64,000 nucleotides of DNA. Source: an uncultured Sphaerobacteraceae bacterium (GTDB taxonomy: Bacteria; Chloroflexota; Chloroflexia; Thermomicrobiales; UBA6265). Below are positions 1-9,156 of the stretch, one piece after another. Both the position numbers and the translations under genes were made by a program. The stretch's first letter is position 1; each line of letters begins with the position of its first letter. The notes under the pieces were generated by a model, which was given only the letters and a program-made list of their open reading frames with translations, did no database searches and was not told the DNA's origin. Where the stretch lies: positions 6,492 through 70,491 of the forward strand of contig CAYJPA010000014.1 of NCBI GenBank assembly GCA_964371945.1, in the 5' to 3' direction.

Positions 1-165
1 TTGAGAGGGCGGTGTCCTAGGCCGCTAGACGAATGCGCCGCGACGAGCGATTTTAGCAGCAATCCTGCCCAGGGGTCAAACTCGATGCATTGCGGTCGCG
101 CCGTCGTTGCTGGATGATGTCGCGGTCGCCAACGATCATCACAGGACTGACGGACGGAGCGTGCT

Positions 166-1041
166 ATGCCTGTTTCAGCCGCAAATCTCAGTGAAAAGCT
201 GATCATTTCCGCTGCCCTTACCGGCTCCTGGCCGGCGAAGGCCCAGAATCCGGCCGTGCCGATCACGGAAGAGGAGATCGCTCAAGCCGCGATCGATTGC
301 TGGCGGGCTGGCGCCGCAATCGTTCACCTTCACGTCCGAAACGAGCAGGGCAAGGTGACGTGCGATCCGGCTCGCTACGCGAAAGCTCGCGATCTCATCC
401 GGGCAAGCGGCAGCGATGTGATCATCAACATGAGCACGGGCGGCGGGGCGGGGCAAACGACCGACGAACAGCGGGCGGAACCGATCTCGCTCAAGCCCGA
501 GATCGCATCGTTCGATTGCGGATCGCTCAACTTCGGTCAAACCGTGTTCGTCAACTCTCCTGCGTTTCTGGACGAGCTCGCGGCTCGAATGGGGCGACAC
601 GGCGTGCTGCCGGAGATCGAGTGTTTCGAACCGGGACACGTCGCCAATGCGTTGAGACTAATCGATGACGGGAAACTGAAGCCGCCGTTCTGGTTTCAAT
701 TCGTGCTCGGCGTTCGTGGCGGATCGCCGGGCACGGTCAAACAACTCCTCAACCTGATCGACATGCTGCCGGCCGGCGCGAAGTGGTCGGTGTGCGGTAT
801 CGGCAGGGCGCAATTGCCGTTGGGGATCGCCGGCATGGCGATGGGAGGACACGTTCGCACCGGTCTTGAAGACAACATCTTCTTTCACAAGGGCGAACTC
901 GCAACGAGCAACGCGCAGCTGGTCGAACGCCTGGTGAGAATCGCCGGCGAGATCGGGCGGCCGGTTGCCACTGCGGCCGAAGCGCGACAGCTGCTCGGAC
1001 TCAAAGCGCTTACGACTGCGCCCGAGGTCATCGCTCTGTGA
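166..1041 (+). CDS. 3-keto-5-aminohexanoate cleavage enzyme family (BKACE/DUF849)
   Basis: IISAALTG, AGAAIVHLHVR (HxH metal site), PEIECFEPGH and GGHVRTGLEDN motifs; GGAG upstream of ATG. Confidence 0.92.
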   Translation: MPVSAANLSEKLIISAALTGSWPAKAQNPAVPITEEEIAQAAIDCWRAGAAIVHLHVRNEQGKVTCDPARYAKARDLIRASGSDVIINMSTGGGAGQTTDEQRAEPISLKPEIASFDCGSLNFGQTVFVNSPAFLDELAARMGRHGVLPEIECFEPGHVANALRLIDDGKLKPPFWFQFVLGVRGGSPGTVKQLLNLIDMLPAGAKWSVCGIGRAQLPLGIAGMAMGGHVRTGLEDNIFFHKGELATSNAQLVERLVRIAGEIGRPVATAAEARQLLGLKALTTAPEVIAL

Positions 1042-2540
1042 CGCATCGCGTTGCCGCCGCCCAGATCTCGCACGAAACCAACGTCTTCAGCGTCGTCAAA
1101 ACCGATCTGACGGCGTTCGAGCGATCCGGGCTCGCGTACGGTCCTTCGATCGTCGATCGGGAGCGGGGCACCAATTCGGCGTTCGGAGGATTCGTCGAGG
1201 GGGCGGAAGCGAACGGCTTCGAATTGATCCCAATCATGTCGGTCTGGGCGACGCCATCCGGCGCGGTCACGGGTGATGCGATTCGGAAGCTCGTCTCGGA
1301 TCTGCAACATGGGCTCCGAGCGAGCGACAGGCTCGACGGGGTTCTGCTGGCGCTTCACGGCGCGATGGTGTCGGAGATCGACGACGACGGCGACGGTTTC
1401 ATCCTCGAGTCCGTGCGCGAGGTCGTCGGGCCAGCGATCCCGGTCATCTGCACACTCGATCTGCACGCGAACATCACCGAGCGGATGGTCAGGGCGGCGA
1501 CGGTGTTGATCGGATACGACACGTATCCCCATGTCGATATGGCCGTGAGGGCCCGCGAGGCCGCCGATTTGCTTGTTCGAGTTATCGCCGGTGACGTGCG
1601 CCCGGTCAGCGCGTTCGTGAAACCGCCGATGGCCCCGACTTCTCAGAACATGATCACGGACCGCGATCCGATGAGATCACTCGTCGCGCTCGCGCATGGG
1701 ATGGAAAAGCAACGGCATGTCCTGAACGTGACATTGTCGTGTGGTTTCCCACCGTCCGATGTGTTCGACACCGGCGTAACGACTCTCGTGACAACCGACA
1801 ATGACCCCGATCTCGCCGCGCAATTGGCGCACGAATTGGCGTTGCAAACCTGGGTGTCACGCGACGGGTTCCTGGGCGGCGTGACATCATTCGAGGAAGC
1901 AGCCGAGATTCTTCGCCGGCTTCCCGCCCGACCGGAGAAGCCGCTGGTTCTGGTCGATATCGGTGACAACCCCTGGAGTGGATCGCCGGGTGACAGCGCG
2001 GAGATCTTGCGGTTCCTACTTGAACTAGAGACAGAAAACGCTGCGGTGGCGATGGTGGTTGATCCCCAATCGGTCGAACGGTGCATAGAGGCGGGCGTTG
2101 GGTCGTGGGTCGATCTTCAGCTCGGCGGCAAAACCGACAGGCTACACGGTGATCCCCTCCCCCTCCACGGGTATGTCCGCTTGATCTCTGACGGACGTTA
2201 TGTCAACTCTGGACCGATGATGGCGGGCCTGCCGGTCGATCTGGGTCCCACGGTGGTGCTGGAATGCGGCGATCGGCGCGGGCCCGAGGTGCTGATCACG
2301 AGTTATGCGGAAACGCCGATCGATCTCAATGTCTTCCGCGCTCATGGTATCGAGCCCACGGCGAAGCGGGTCATCGGTCTGAAAGGCAAAGGGCATTTCC
2401 GGGCGGCGTTCGAACCGATCGCGGAACGAGTGGTGCTCGTCGAAGGACCGGGGATCTCCGGATCGGATTTCCGGCGATTGCCCTTCAAGCACATACGCCG
2501 GCCGATCTGGCCGCTTGATACAGGAGTCACCTTTGGTTGA
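1038..2540 (+). CDS. M81 family metallopeptidase (MlrC-like)
   Basis: SHETNVF, LALHGAM, LDLHAN, YDTYPHVD, DIGDNP, KGKGHFRAAF and RRPIWPLD motifs; GTGA overlap with upstream gene. Confidence 0.92.
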   Translation: MTHRVAAAQISHETNVFSVVKTDLTAFERSGLAYGPSIVDRERGTNSAFGGFVEGAEANGFELIPIMSVWATPSGAVTGDAIRKLVSDLQHGLRASDRLDGVLLALHGAMVSEIDDDGDGFILESVREVVGPAIPVICTLDLHANITERMVRAATVLIGYDTYPHVDMAVRAREAADLLVRVIAGDVRPVSAFVKPPMAPTSQNMITDRDPMRSLVALAHGMEKQRHVLNVTLSCGFPPSDVFDTGVTTLVTTDNDPDLAAQLAHELALQTWVSRDGFLGGVTSFEEAAEILRRLPARPEKPLVLVDIGDNPWSGSPGDSAEILRFLLELETENAAVAMVVDPQSVERCIEAGVGSWVDLQLGGKTDRLHGDPLPLHGYVRLISDGRYVNSGPMMAGLPVDLGPTVVLECGDRRGPEVLITSYAETPIDLNVFRAHGIEPTAKRVIGLKGKGHFRAAFEPIAERVVLVEGPGISGSDFRRLPFKHIRRPIWPLDTGVTFG

Positions 2541-3147
2541 TCGAGTTGGGGCCGGCCGGGATGTCCTTTGGAAACTGGTCGACGGTGTCGGCCTGGAACA
2601 CTCCCGGCTCGATCTTAGGAATGCGGGACCATTGATCTCGGGAACGGTCTTAACCACTGATGGAACCGAACCAGTGACGATCGATTACGCGGTCGAGTGC
2701 GATCGGTACTGGCACACGCGCGAAGTTGAGGTTCAGGTGCGGCGGGCTAGACAATCTGTGCCTGACATCCTCCATCTGACCGCCGACGGGAGCGGAGAAT
2801 GGAATCAACTCACTGAATCCGAGGAAGGGATCGTCAGTCTATCAGTTCCATCGATTCGCGGGTGCATCGACGTCGACCTGGCCTTCTCGCCGGTCACGAA
2901 CACCCTTCCGATCCGGAGGCACGAGCTCGTCGTCGGCGCGAGCGCGCGGGTCACCGCCGCCTGGGTGAAATTCCCGTCGCTGGAAGTCACCGCGCTTCCG
3001 CAACGGTACACCAGAGTCGGGCCACTGACCTACCGCTACGAATCATTCCAAACGAATTTCACCGCCCAGCTCGACGTCGACGAGCTCGGCCTTGTCACGT
3101 CCTATGAGGGACTGTGGGAGCGGGTGACCGGCGCGATGCTGATGTGA
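2533..3147 (+). CDS. Putative glycolipid-binding domain protein (DUF1089-like)
   Basis: GCIDVDLAFSPVTNTLPIRR, QRYTR and DVDELGLVTSYEGLW motifs; TTG start after AGGAG. Confidence 0.8.
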   Translation: MVDRVGAGRDVLWKLVDGVGLEHSRLDLRNAGPLISGTVLTTDGTEPVTIDYAVECDRYWHTREVEVQVRRARQSVPDILHLTADGSGEWNQLTESEEGIVSLSVPSIRGCIDVDLAFSPVTNTLPIRRHELVVGASARVTAAWVKFPSLEVTALPQRYTRVGPLTYRYESFQTNFTAQLDVDELGLVTSYEGLWERVTGAMLM

Positions 3148-3150
3148 GGT

Positions 3151-3636
3151 TCAGACGGCCGGGAAGAGGGTCACGCCCGAGACCGGTTGCAGCGCCTCGA
3201 GCAATTCAGCGGCGCTTTTTCCGGTTCCGGGAACGATGAGTCCCGGTGCGATCTCATTCAGCGGCACGAGGACAAAGGCGCGTTCATGCAAACGTGGGTG
3301 AGGCACGGTCAGTTTGTCGATCTGAATGATCTCCTGGTCATACACGAGCAGATCGAGGTCGAGTGTTCTTGGAGCGTTCTGGAATGTCCGCTCACGGCCG
3401 TGGGCTCGCTCGATTTGCAGAAGTGTCTCGAGCAGTTCCTCCGGCCGAAGGGATGTCTCGATTTCGGCGACCGCGTTCAGGTAAGGAGGTTGATCCAGGA
3501 ATCCGATAGGCTCGGTTTCATAGATCGGCGAAACGGATCGAATCGTGCCGATCCTGGAAAGGCGATCGATCGCGGAGTTGATCGTGGCCAGGCGATCTCC
3601 CAAGTTCGAGCCGAGAGCAACGAAGGCGATGCTCAC
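3151..3636 (-). CDS. folK: 2-amino-4-hydroxy-6-hydroxymethyldihydropteridine diphosphokinase
   Basis: ALGSNLGDR, YLNAV, PRTLDLDLL and PHPRLHERAFVL; GTG start overlaps folP stop (GTGA). Confidence 0.96.
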   Translation of the reverse strand: MSIAFVALGSNLGDRLATINSAIDRLSRIGTIRSVSPIYETEPIGFLDQPPYLNAVAEIETSLRPEELLETLLQIERAHGRERTFQNAPRTLDLDLLVYDQEIIQIDKLTVPHPRLHERAFVLVPLNEIAPGLIVPGTGKSAAELLEALQPVSGVTLFPAV

Positions 3637-4472
3637 GAGGCTCCCCTGACAACGGCGTCGGACATCCGAGCAACGCGCACGTTCGCCAGCACATCGTGAA
3701 CCCGGACGATATCGGCGCCGTTTACGATTGCCAGAGCGGTTGTCGCGAGCGTTCCTTCCAATCGCTGATCGACCGTCAAGCCGAGGACGTGACCGATCGT
3801 GCTTTTGCGCGAGAGACCGACCAGGATCGGCAGTTCGAGCGTCTTGAGCTCGCTCAATCGACGCAGCAATTCCAGGTTCTGGCGCCAATCTTTGCCGAAG
3901 CCGAATCCCGGATCGATGATGATCCGATCCGACCGGATCCCGGATTTGAGCGCGAACTCGACCCGGCGGGTGAGCTCGCGCAATACGCTCGCAACGAGAT
4001 CGTCAGCGATATCCGGGACAGCGTCGTGCATGACGACGACTGGAATTCCATGCCGAGCGGAGACATGCGCCAGTTCTGGATCGCCCGTGAAGCCGCGAAC
4101 GTCGTTGACGATCGATGCACCGGCAGTAATCGCGGTTTCGGCCACGGCGGCTTTGCTCGTGTCGATCGAGATCGGAATCGAAACGCGGCTCGCGATTTCA
4201 GTCAACGCCGGTACGATCCTGGCGATTTCGTCGTCTACCGAAACAGCCGTGTGTCCCGGGCGGGTTGACTCGCCGCCGATGTCGATAATGCCGGCTCCGG
4301 ACGCCTCGGCGGCTTCGGCAACCGCAACCGCCGTGGCGACGTCGCCGCGAATACCGTCCCCGCTGAACGAGTCCGGCGTGGCGTTCACGATCGCCATCAC
4401 GAAGGTGCGCGTACCCCAGTCGAATCTGTGGTTCGACCAGATTGTCGGTTGAGGTCGCGTGCGGCTTGTCAC
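3633..4472 (-). CDS. folP: Dihydropteroate synthase
   Basis: NATPDSFSGDG, DIGGESTRPG, DPGFGFGK, SRKS and VRVHDV motifs. Confidence 0.97.
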   Translation of the reverse strand: MTSRTRPQPTIWSNHRFDWGTRTFVMAIVNATPDSFSGDGIRGDVATAVAVAEAAEASGAGIIDIGGESTRPGHTAVSVDDEIARIVPALTEIASRVSIPISIDTSKAAVAETAITAGASIVNDVRGFTGDPELAHVSARHGIPVVVMHDAVPDIADDLVASVLRELTRRVEFALKSGIRSDRIIIDPGFGFGKDWRQNLELLRRLSELKTLELPILVGLSRKSTIGHVLGLTVDQRLEGTLATTALAIVNGADIVRVHDVLANVRVARMSDAVVRGAS

Positions 4473-5062
4473 CGTGGGCCGCCGCCCTGGCGCACGATGC
4501 CGAGAAACTCGGCGCGTGTCGCGGGACGTCGACGAAAGCCGCCGCGCATGGCGGAGGTGACCATCTCCGCTCCCGGTTTCTGTACCCCGCGAATGGTCAT
4601 GCAGGTGTGGACAGCTTCGATTACGACGCCACAGCCGTCGGGTTGCAGCTCCTCCATGATCGCATCCGCGATTTCGCTGGTCATTCGCTCCTGAACCTGC
4701 GGGCGGCGGGCATAACCATCGACCAATCGAGCGAGTTTGCTGAGCCCGACAACGCGGCCGTGTGGGATGTACCCGATATGTGCGCGACCCGTAAACGGAA
4801 GCAGGTGGTGCTCGCAGACCGAGGCGAAGGGAATGTCACGCAGCACGACCATCTCCTTGTGCTGTTCGTCGAAGGTGACGGCGAGATGTCGTCGCGGATC
4901 ATCATGGAGTCCCGCAAAGAGCTCGGCATAGGAGTCGGCGACGCGTCTCGGCGTTTCGATCAATCCCTCGCGGTCGGGATCTTCCCCGATGGCGATCAGA
5001 ATTTCACGGATCGCGCGTTTGATCCGCTTCCGGTCGAGCTCGAATGGCGTTTCGTCGCTCAT
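4469..5062 (-). CDS. folE: GTP cyclohydrolase I
   Basis: REGLIETPRRVA, CEHHLLPF, GLSKLAR, RPQVQER and HTCMTIRGV motifs. Confidence 0.97.
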   Translation of the reverse strand: MSDETPFELDRKRIKRAIREILIAIGEDPDREGLIETPRRVADSYAELFAGLHDDPRRHLAVTFDEQHKEMVVLRDIPFASVCEHHLLPFTGRAHIGYIPHGRVVGLSKLARLVDGYARRPQVQERMTSEIADAIMEELQPDGCGVVIEAVHTCMTIRGVQKPGAEMVTSAMRGGFRRRPATRAEFLGIVRQGGGPR

Positions 5063-5436
5063 ATGGCTCTTTCGTTGCGGTCGCGACGGATCCGTACGCC
5101 TGCGGAGTCGAGGATCGAGCCCTTGATCGCGACGCCTGGTTTGCGAATCGTGACGGTAACCGACTGGGCCGCGCTGAATGCTGCCAGGAGCTCGGTGGCG
5201 ATGGTGTGACCGAGCGCTTCCAGGAGATCGAAGCGCCGTTCCTCGACGATTGAGCGGACTCGCTTGAAAACCAACGAATAGTTGATCGAATCGTCTAGGC
5301 GGTCGGTTTGACCAGGTCTAGTCAAATCCGCTGAGATCGAAAGATCGATTACGAAGCGTTGCCCGCTGGTCTGCTCCTCGGGATTGACCCCGTGATAACC
5401 GTAGAAGCGCATGCCTTCGAGGAGAATTTCGTCCAT
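5059..5436 (-). CDS. folB: Dihydroneopterin aldolase
   Basis: FYGYHGV, EQTSGQRF, SINYS, LLEAL and IRKP motifs. Confidence 0.95.
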   Translation of the reverse strand: MDEILLEGMRFYGYHGVNPEEQTSGQRFVIDLSISADLTRPGQTDRLDDSINYSLVFKRVRSIVEERRFDLLEALGHTIATELLAAFSAAQSVTVTIRKPGVAIKGSILDSAGVRIRRDRNERAI

Positions 5437-5447
5437 GGTGTGGGTCG

Positions 5448-6629
5448 CTAGCGGACCCTGTAAAGCTCCCTGGCGTTGCCGGCCAGAATCAGACCAGCAG
5501 CTTCTTGAGCGTCGGCGTCACTCAGGAAGTCCGATTCTACGAGCTCATCCAGTGCCTGGGCGAGGGCCATCTTGCCGAGCTTGGCGCTGCTGTAGTTGAT
5601 CTCCGGCAATGTGTAGCCATCGGAGCCGTAGCAAATCTTGTTGAGCGGGGCCAGGGCCATCACGCCGGTGAAGATGTCCTTCGCTGCGTTGCCGGCGAAC
5701 GGAATCCCTTCGCTTACGTCGCAGTAGACGCGGGGGAGGACGTTCGACATGTAGGCCGCTTCACGGTGGTACGGGTATCCAGAGTGCACGAGCAGCACCC
5801 GGCAGCCACGGAAAGTCGGAAAGCGTAACAATTCCATCAGGAACGACGGCCGGCAAAGCACGAGATTGACTTCGAAATCGCCCATACCGGTATGGATTTG
5901 CATCGGCACGTCGTGCTCCATGCAGATCTCCATCGCCCGGCAGACGAGGTGATCGCGCAGCTTTTTCATGGAGCCGCCGCCGAGACCGCGACGAATCGCG
6001 TCGAGTGCCTGGGCTCCTTGATCGGCGGTCCGGCTCAAGGGTGAGATGTCCAGTCCAGTGCGGTAGGCGATGATCGATTTCAGGCCACGGTACCCGTTGT
6101 TGGTCAGTGCGTTGTTTACGGTGTCGTCGAAGGTTCGTTTGAATTCCGCCCAACCGAGATCGGTTTTCAGAAGCTGGGCAATCAACGGTTCAATACGGAA
6201 GACCGGGGTGATATCGATCGGCAGCTCCGCTTTGACCTCGGCCATTGGCAAGATCGACAGCGGCACGCCGAAATCGAACACGATCTCCTCGATTCCTGCA
6301 TCGCCGTACAGCTTGCGCACGTACTCCCTGTAGCCGGCGTCGACTGCTTGATTCCGCGCTTCCACCACGGCCACCAGCGTCGCTTCGACATCGAAGTAGC
6401 GGGCAAGATCGCGCACCATCCGCTTGTGGTAGGTCGTCCAGCGCTTGCCGAGCTGAAGCTCGTCGCGGACCTCATCGGTGAATTCGATGTCGCCCTGTTC
6501 CATGTATTCACGAGATCCGCCGCCGAATGCGGTCATATCCGTGAACTGCTCCGGCGTGACCCGTCCCTTGTTGAGGAAGGGATGAGCGTGAACATCGACG
6601 ACCGGCAAATGCGCGACTTCGACCATCAT
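5448..6629 (-). CDS. Amidohydrolase_2 family protein (FluG N-terminal-domain-like)
   Basis: DVHAH, KSIIAYRTGL, QIHTGMGD, LVHSGYPY and YGSDG; start overlaps the GS-like gene stop (TAATG). Confidence 0.88.
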   Translation of the reverse strand: MMVEVAHLPVVDVHAHPFLNKGRVTPEQFTDMTAFGGGSREYMEQGDIEFTDEVRDELQLGKRWTTYHKRMVRDLARYFDVEATLVAVVEARNQAVDAGYREYVRKLYGDAGIEEIVFDFGVPLSILPMAEVKAELPIDITPVFRIEPLIAQLLKTDLGWAEFKRTFDDTVNNALTNNGYRGLKSIIAYRTGLDISPLSRTADQGAQALDAIRRGLGGGSMKKLRDHLVCRAMEICMEHDVPMQIHTGMGDFEVNLVLCRPSFLMELLRFPTFRGCRVLLVHSGYPYHREAAYMSNVLPRVYCDVSEGIPFAGNAAKDIFTGVMALAPLNKICYGSDGYTLPEINYSSAKLGKMALAQALDELVESDFLSDADAQEAAGLILAGNARELYRVR

Positions 6630-7984
6630 TACACCTGCTCCAGATACATAGCCCGTTCCCAGGGATGAACTTCCACGTTGTAGTGCGCGAGCTCTTCGCG
6701 TTTGACGATCAGGAAGTGCTCGAGAATCGTCGATCCGATTGCGTCGCCGATGACCTTGTCTCCTTCGAGCGCATCCAGCGCCTCGGGAAGCGTTCGCGGC
6801 AGGAATCCAATCTTGTATCGCTCGATCTCCTCGGCGGTGAGATGACCGATGTCGCCCTGAAATGGCTCGGGAGGCTCGATCCGATTGCGAATCCCGTCCA
6901 ACCCCGCCCCAAGCAGACCAGCCATCAGAAGATAAGGCTGGCAGCTATTGTCCGAGGCCCTGAACTCCAGATGACGGCGTTTGCCGACGCCGGGAATACG
7001 GACGACACCGGAGCGATTGCCGTATCCCCAGTAGGTGTTCGCGGGCGCCCACGAGCCAGGGAGAAGCCGCTTGTAGCTGTTGACAGTCGGAGAGCCGAGT
7101 CCGGTCAGTGCGTCGAGGTGCGCCATAATCCCGCCAAGAAACCAACCACCGACCTCGGAAAGAGACGTTTGGTCCTCTTCGCTTGGGGTGAGATCGTTGT
7201 CGCCGGTGCGATCCCAGACACTGAGATGGGTGTGCAGGCTGCAGCCGGCGAAATGGGCATAGGGTTTGGGCATGAAGGTCGCGATGTAGCCGAATTGCTT
7301 GGCGATATCCCGGACCGCTTCCTTCAATGAGAAGTAGTCGTCGACGGCCTGAATCGGGTCGGCGTGGTGCACCGACATTTCGTACTGGCCGGGACCGTAT
7401 TCCTTCCCGAGTTGGGCCACCGTGACGCCCATGCCGCGAAGCTCATCGATCACGGCATTGACGAAGGGCTGCTCTTCCGCCAGCCCACGCAGGCTGAACA
7501 TCTTTGTGCCGTTGACCGGCTGGTACTCGCCGTGCTGGTCGCGGGTCAGGAGATAGAACTCAGGCTCCAACGCGGCCTGGATCGAGATGCCGGCAGACTT
7601 TAACTCGTCGACGACGGCCTGAAGCCTCGTGCGCGGGCAACCATCCCATACCGAGCCGTCGGTGGCACGCATCCAGGCATGGACACGCGCCGTCTTTGGG
7701 TAGCGAGGCAGAAGCGCATAACTGCGAGGATCGGGAACGGCCATGAAATCGCCCGAATCGCCAAGCCATTTCGCGTTGGCTGCCTGGTGATCGTTCGAGG
7801 TCATGTCGAGATTCGCGACCGCGAAGACGACTCCGTCGCGAATCGTGCTCCGAAAGGTCTCGCGGGGCATCGTTTTCGCCGATGCGCGTCCGCTGTAGTC
7901 GTGATAGGAGACCCAAAGGTGCTCGACGCCGTCTTCCTCGAGTCGCTGCAACAGCGCCTGGCCGTCGGCAGGTGTGTTAGCCAT
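6629..7984 (-). CDS. Glutamine synthetase-family gamma-glutamyl-amine ligase
   Basis: EPEFYL, EYGPGQYE, TFMPKP, HTHLS, NSYKRL, NRSGVVRIP and LEFR; flap is GSWAP rather than the GYEAP of true GS. Confidence 0.88.
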   Translation of the reverse strand: MANTPADGQALLQRLEEDGVEHLWVSYHDYSGRASAKTMPRETFRSTIRDGVVFAVANLDMTSNDHQAANAKWLGDSGDFMAVPDPRSYALLPRYPKTARVHAWMRATDGSVWDGCPRTRLQAVVDELKSAGISIQAALEPEFYLLTRDQHGEYQPVNGTKMFSLRGLAEEQPFVNAVIDELRGMGVTVAQLGKEYGPGQYEMSVHHADPIQAVDDYFSLKEAVRDIAKQFGYIATFMPKPYAHFAGCSLHTHLSVWDRTGDNDLTPSEEDQTSLSEVGGWFLGGIMAHLDALTGLGSPTVNSYKRLLPGSWAPANTYWGYGNRSGVVRIPGVGKRRHLEFRASDNSCQPYLLMAGLLGAGLDGIRNRIEPPEPFQGDIGHLTAEEIERYKIGFLPRTLPEALDALEGDKVIGDAIGSTILEHFLIVKREELAHYNVEVHPWERAMYLEQV

Positions 7985-9146
7985 GCGTCAATTCCTCGTC
8001 GGCGCAAATCGCCTGGAGCAGCTTTGCTAGAAGCGCGGTGCGCGGCACGATGCTGCTCAGTTCGATGTATTCCCGCGGTCCATGGTCGAGGCCGCCGATC
8101 GGTCCCAAGCCATCGAGGCCGGGTGTTCCCTTGTGAACGGCGTAGCTGACGTCAGAACCGCCGCCGGTGGCCGCTCCCTTCAGCGAGAAGCCAAGTTCTC
8201 CGGCAATGCCGATCGCGTGGTTTTCGAGTCGCATCGTGCCCGCGGAGCGCTCCATGGCGGGCATTCCCTCCCCTTCAAGGGTCATGTGGAGTTTCACGCC
8301 CGGAACCCATTCGGTGTCGGCTAGCTCCTGAAGGCCGGCCGTCAATTCCTCGAGATCGGCATTCGACCAGGCGCGAAGATCGAAGATCGCGGTGGCGTGG
8401 TCAGCAACGATGTTCGGGTTCGCGCCGCCGGTGATTCGGCCAGGGTTGAGTGTCATCCCCGGTTTGCGGCCGTTGAGCTTGAACGATTCGACGATCACAT
8501 TCGCGATCGCAAGCGTGGCGCTCGCGCCCTTCTCCGGCTCGACACCGGCATGGGCGGCTTTCCCGATCGCCTCGACCGTGACCCAGCGAGTGGCTTTCCG
8601 TGAAGTAACCACGTCGCCGTTGGCTCGAGCGGCTTCAAGCGTGAGCGCGGCGTGATGTTTTGGACCTTCGTCCTTCAGTAGTTCGGCCGAGTGACGGGCT
8701 TCGATCTCCTCATCAGAGACGATGATCACGGTGATGGTTTCGAAATCGGCCCAGCCTGCCTCCTTCAAAGCCCGAACAGCATAAAGACCGGTCAAGAGTC
8801 CAGCTTTCATGTCACATGTGCCGGGTCCGAGGATCGTGTCGCCGTCGACCGTGACAGGCCGGGCGGCGGCCGTTCCGTCTGGATAGACCGTATCGGCGTG
8901 ACCGATCAGAAGTACCCGTCCCCTGCCCGTGCCGTGGAGCCGGGCAATCAGATCGTTGCCCCAATCGGTCTGTGCGTTCCGTTTGGTTTCAAAACCCTGC
9001 GCTCGGAGATTGACCTCGAACCAGTCCAGGACTTCATCAACTCCCTGTTTGTTGTAGGTGCCCGAGTCGATCCCCGCCAGATGGCGAAGATCATCCAAGT
9101 AGCTCTCCAATTGACCTTCGAGATACCCAACGATCGGATCTGTCAT
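7977..9146 (-). CDS. M20 family metallopeptidase (carboxypeptidase G2-like)
   Basis: GHADTVY, GPGTCDMKAG, SDEEI, AAHAGVEPEKG, GGGSD and LDGLGPIGGLDH motifs. Confidence 0.88.
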   Translation of the reverse strand: MTDPIVGYLEGQLESYLDDLRHLAGIDSGTYNKQGVDEVLDWFEVNLRAQGFETKRNAQTDWGNDLIARLHGTGRGRVLLIGHADTVYPDGTAAARPVTVDGDTILGPGTCDMKAGLLTGLYAVRALKEAGWADFETITVIIVSDEEIEARHSAELLKDEGPKHHAALTLEAARANGDVVTSRKATRWVTVEAIGKAAHAGVEPEKGASATLAIANVIVESFKLNGRKPGMTLNPGRITGGANPNIVADHATAIFDLRAWSNADLEELTAGLQELADTEWVPGVKLHMTLEGEGMPAMERSAGTMRLENHAIGIAGELGFSLKGAATGGGSDVSYAVHKGTPGLDGLGPIGGLDHGPREYIELSSIVPRTALLAKLLQAICADEELTHG

Positions 9147-9156
9147 CGCCGTTTTA

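Noticed and set aside
1038-2540. MlrC-like genes as evidence of microcystin degradation
   Set aside because: M81 peptidases are widespread, and no mlrA/B/D is present.
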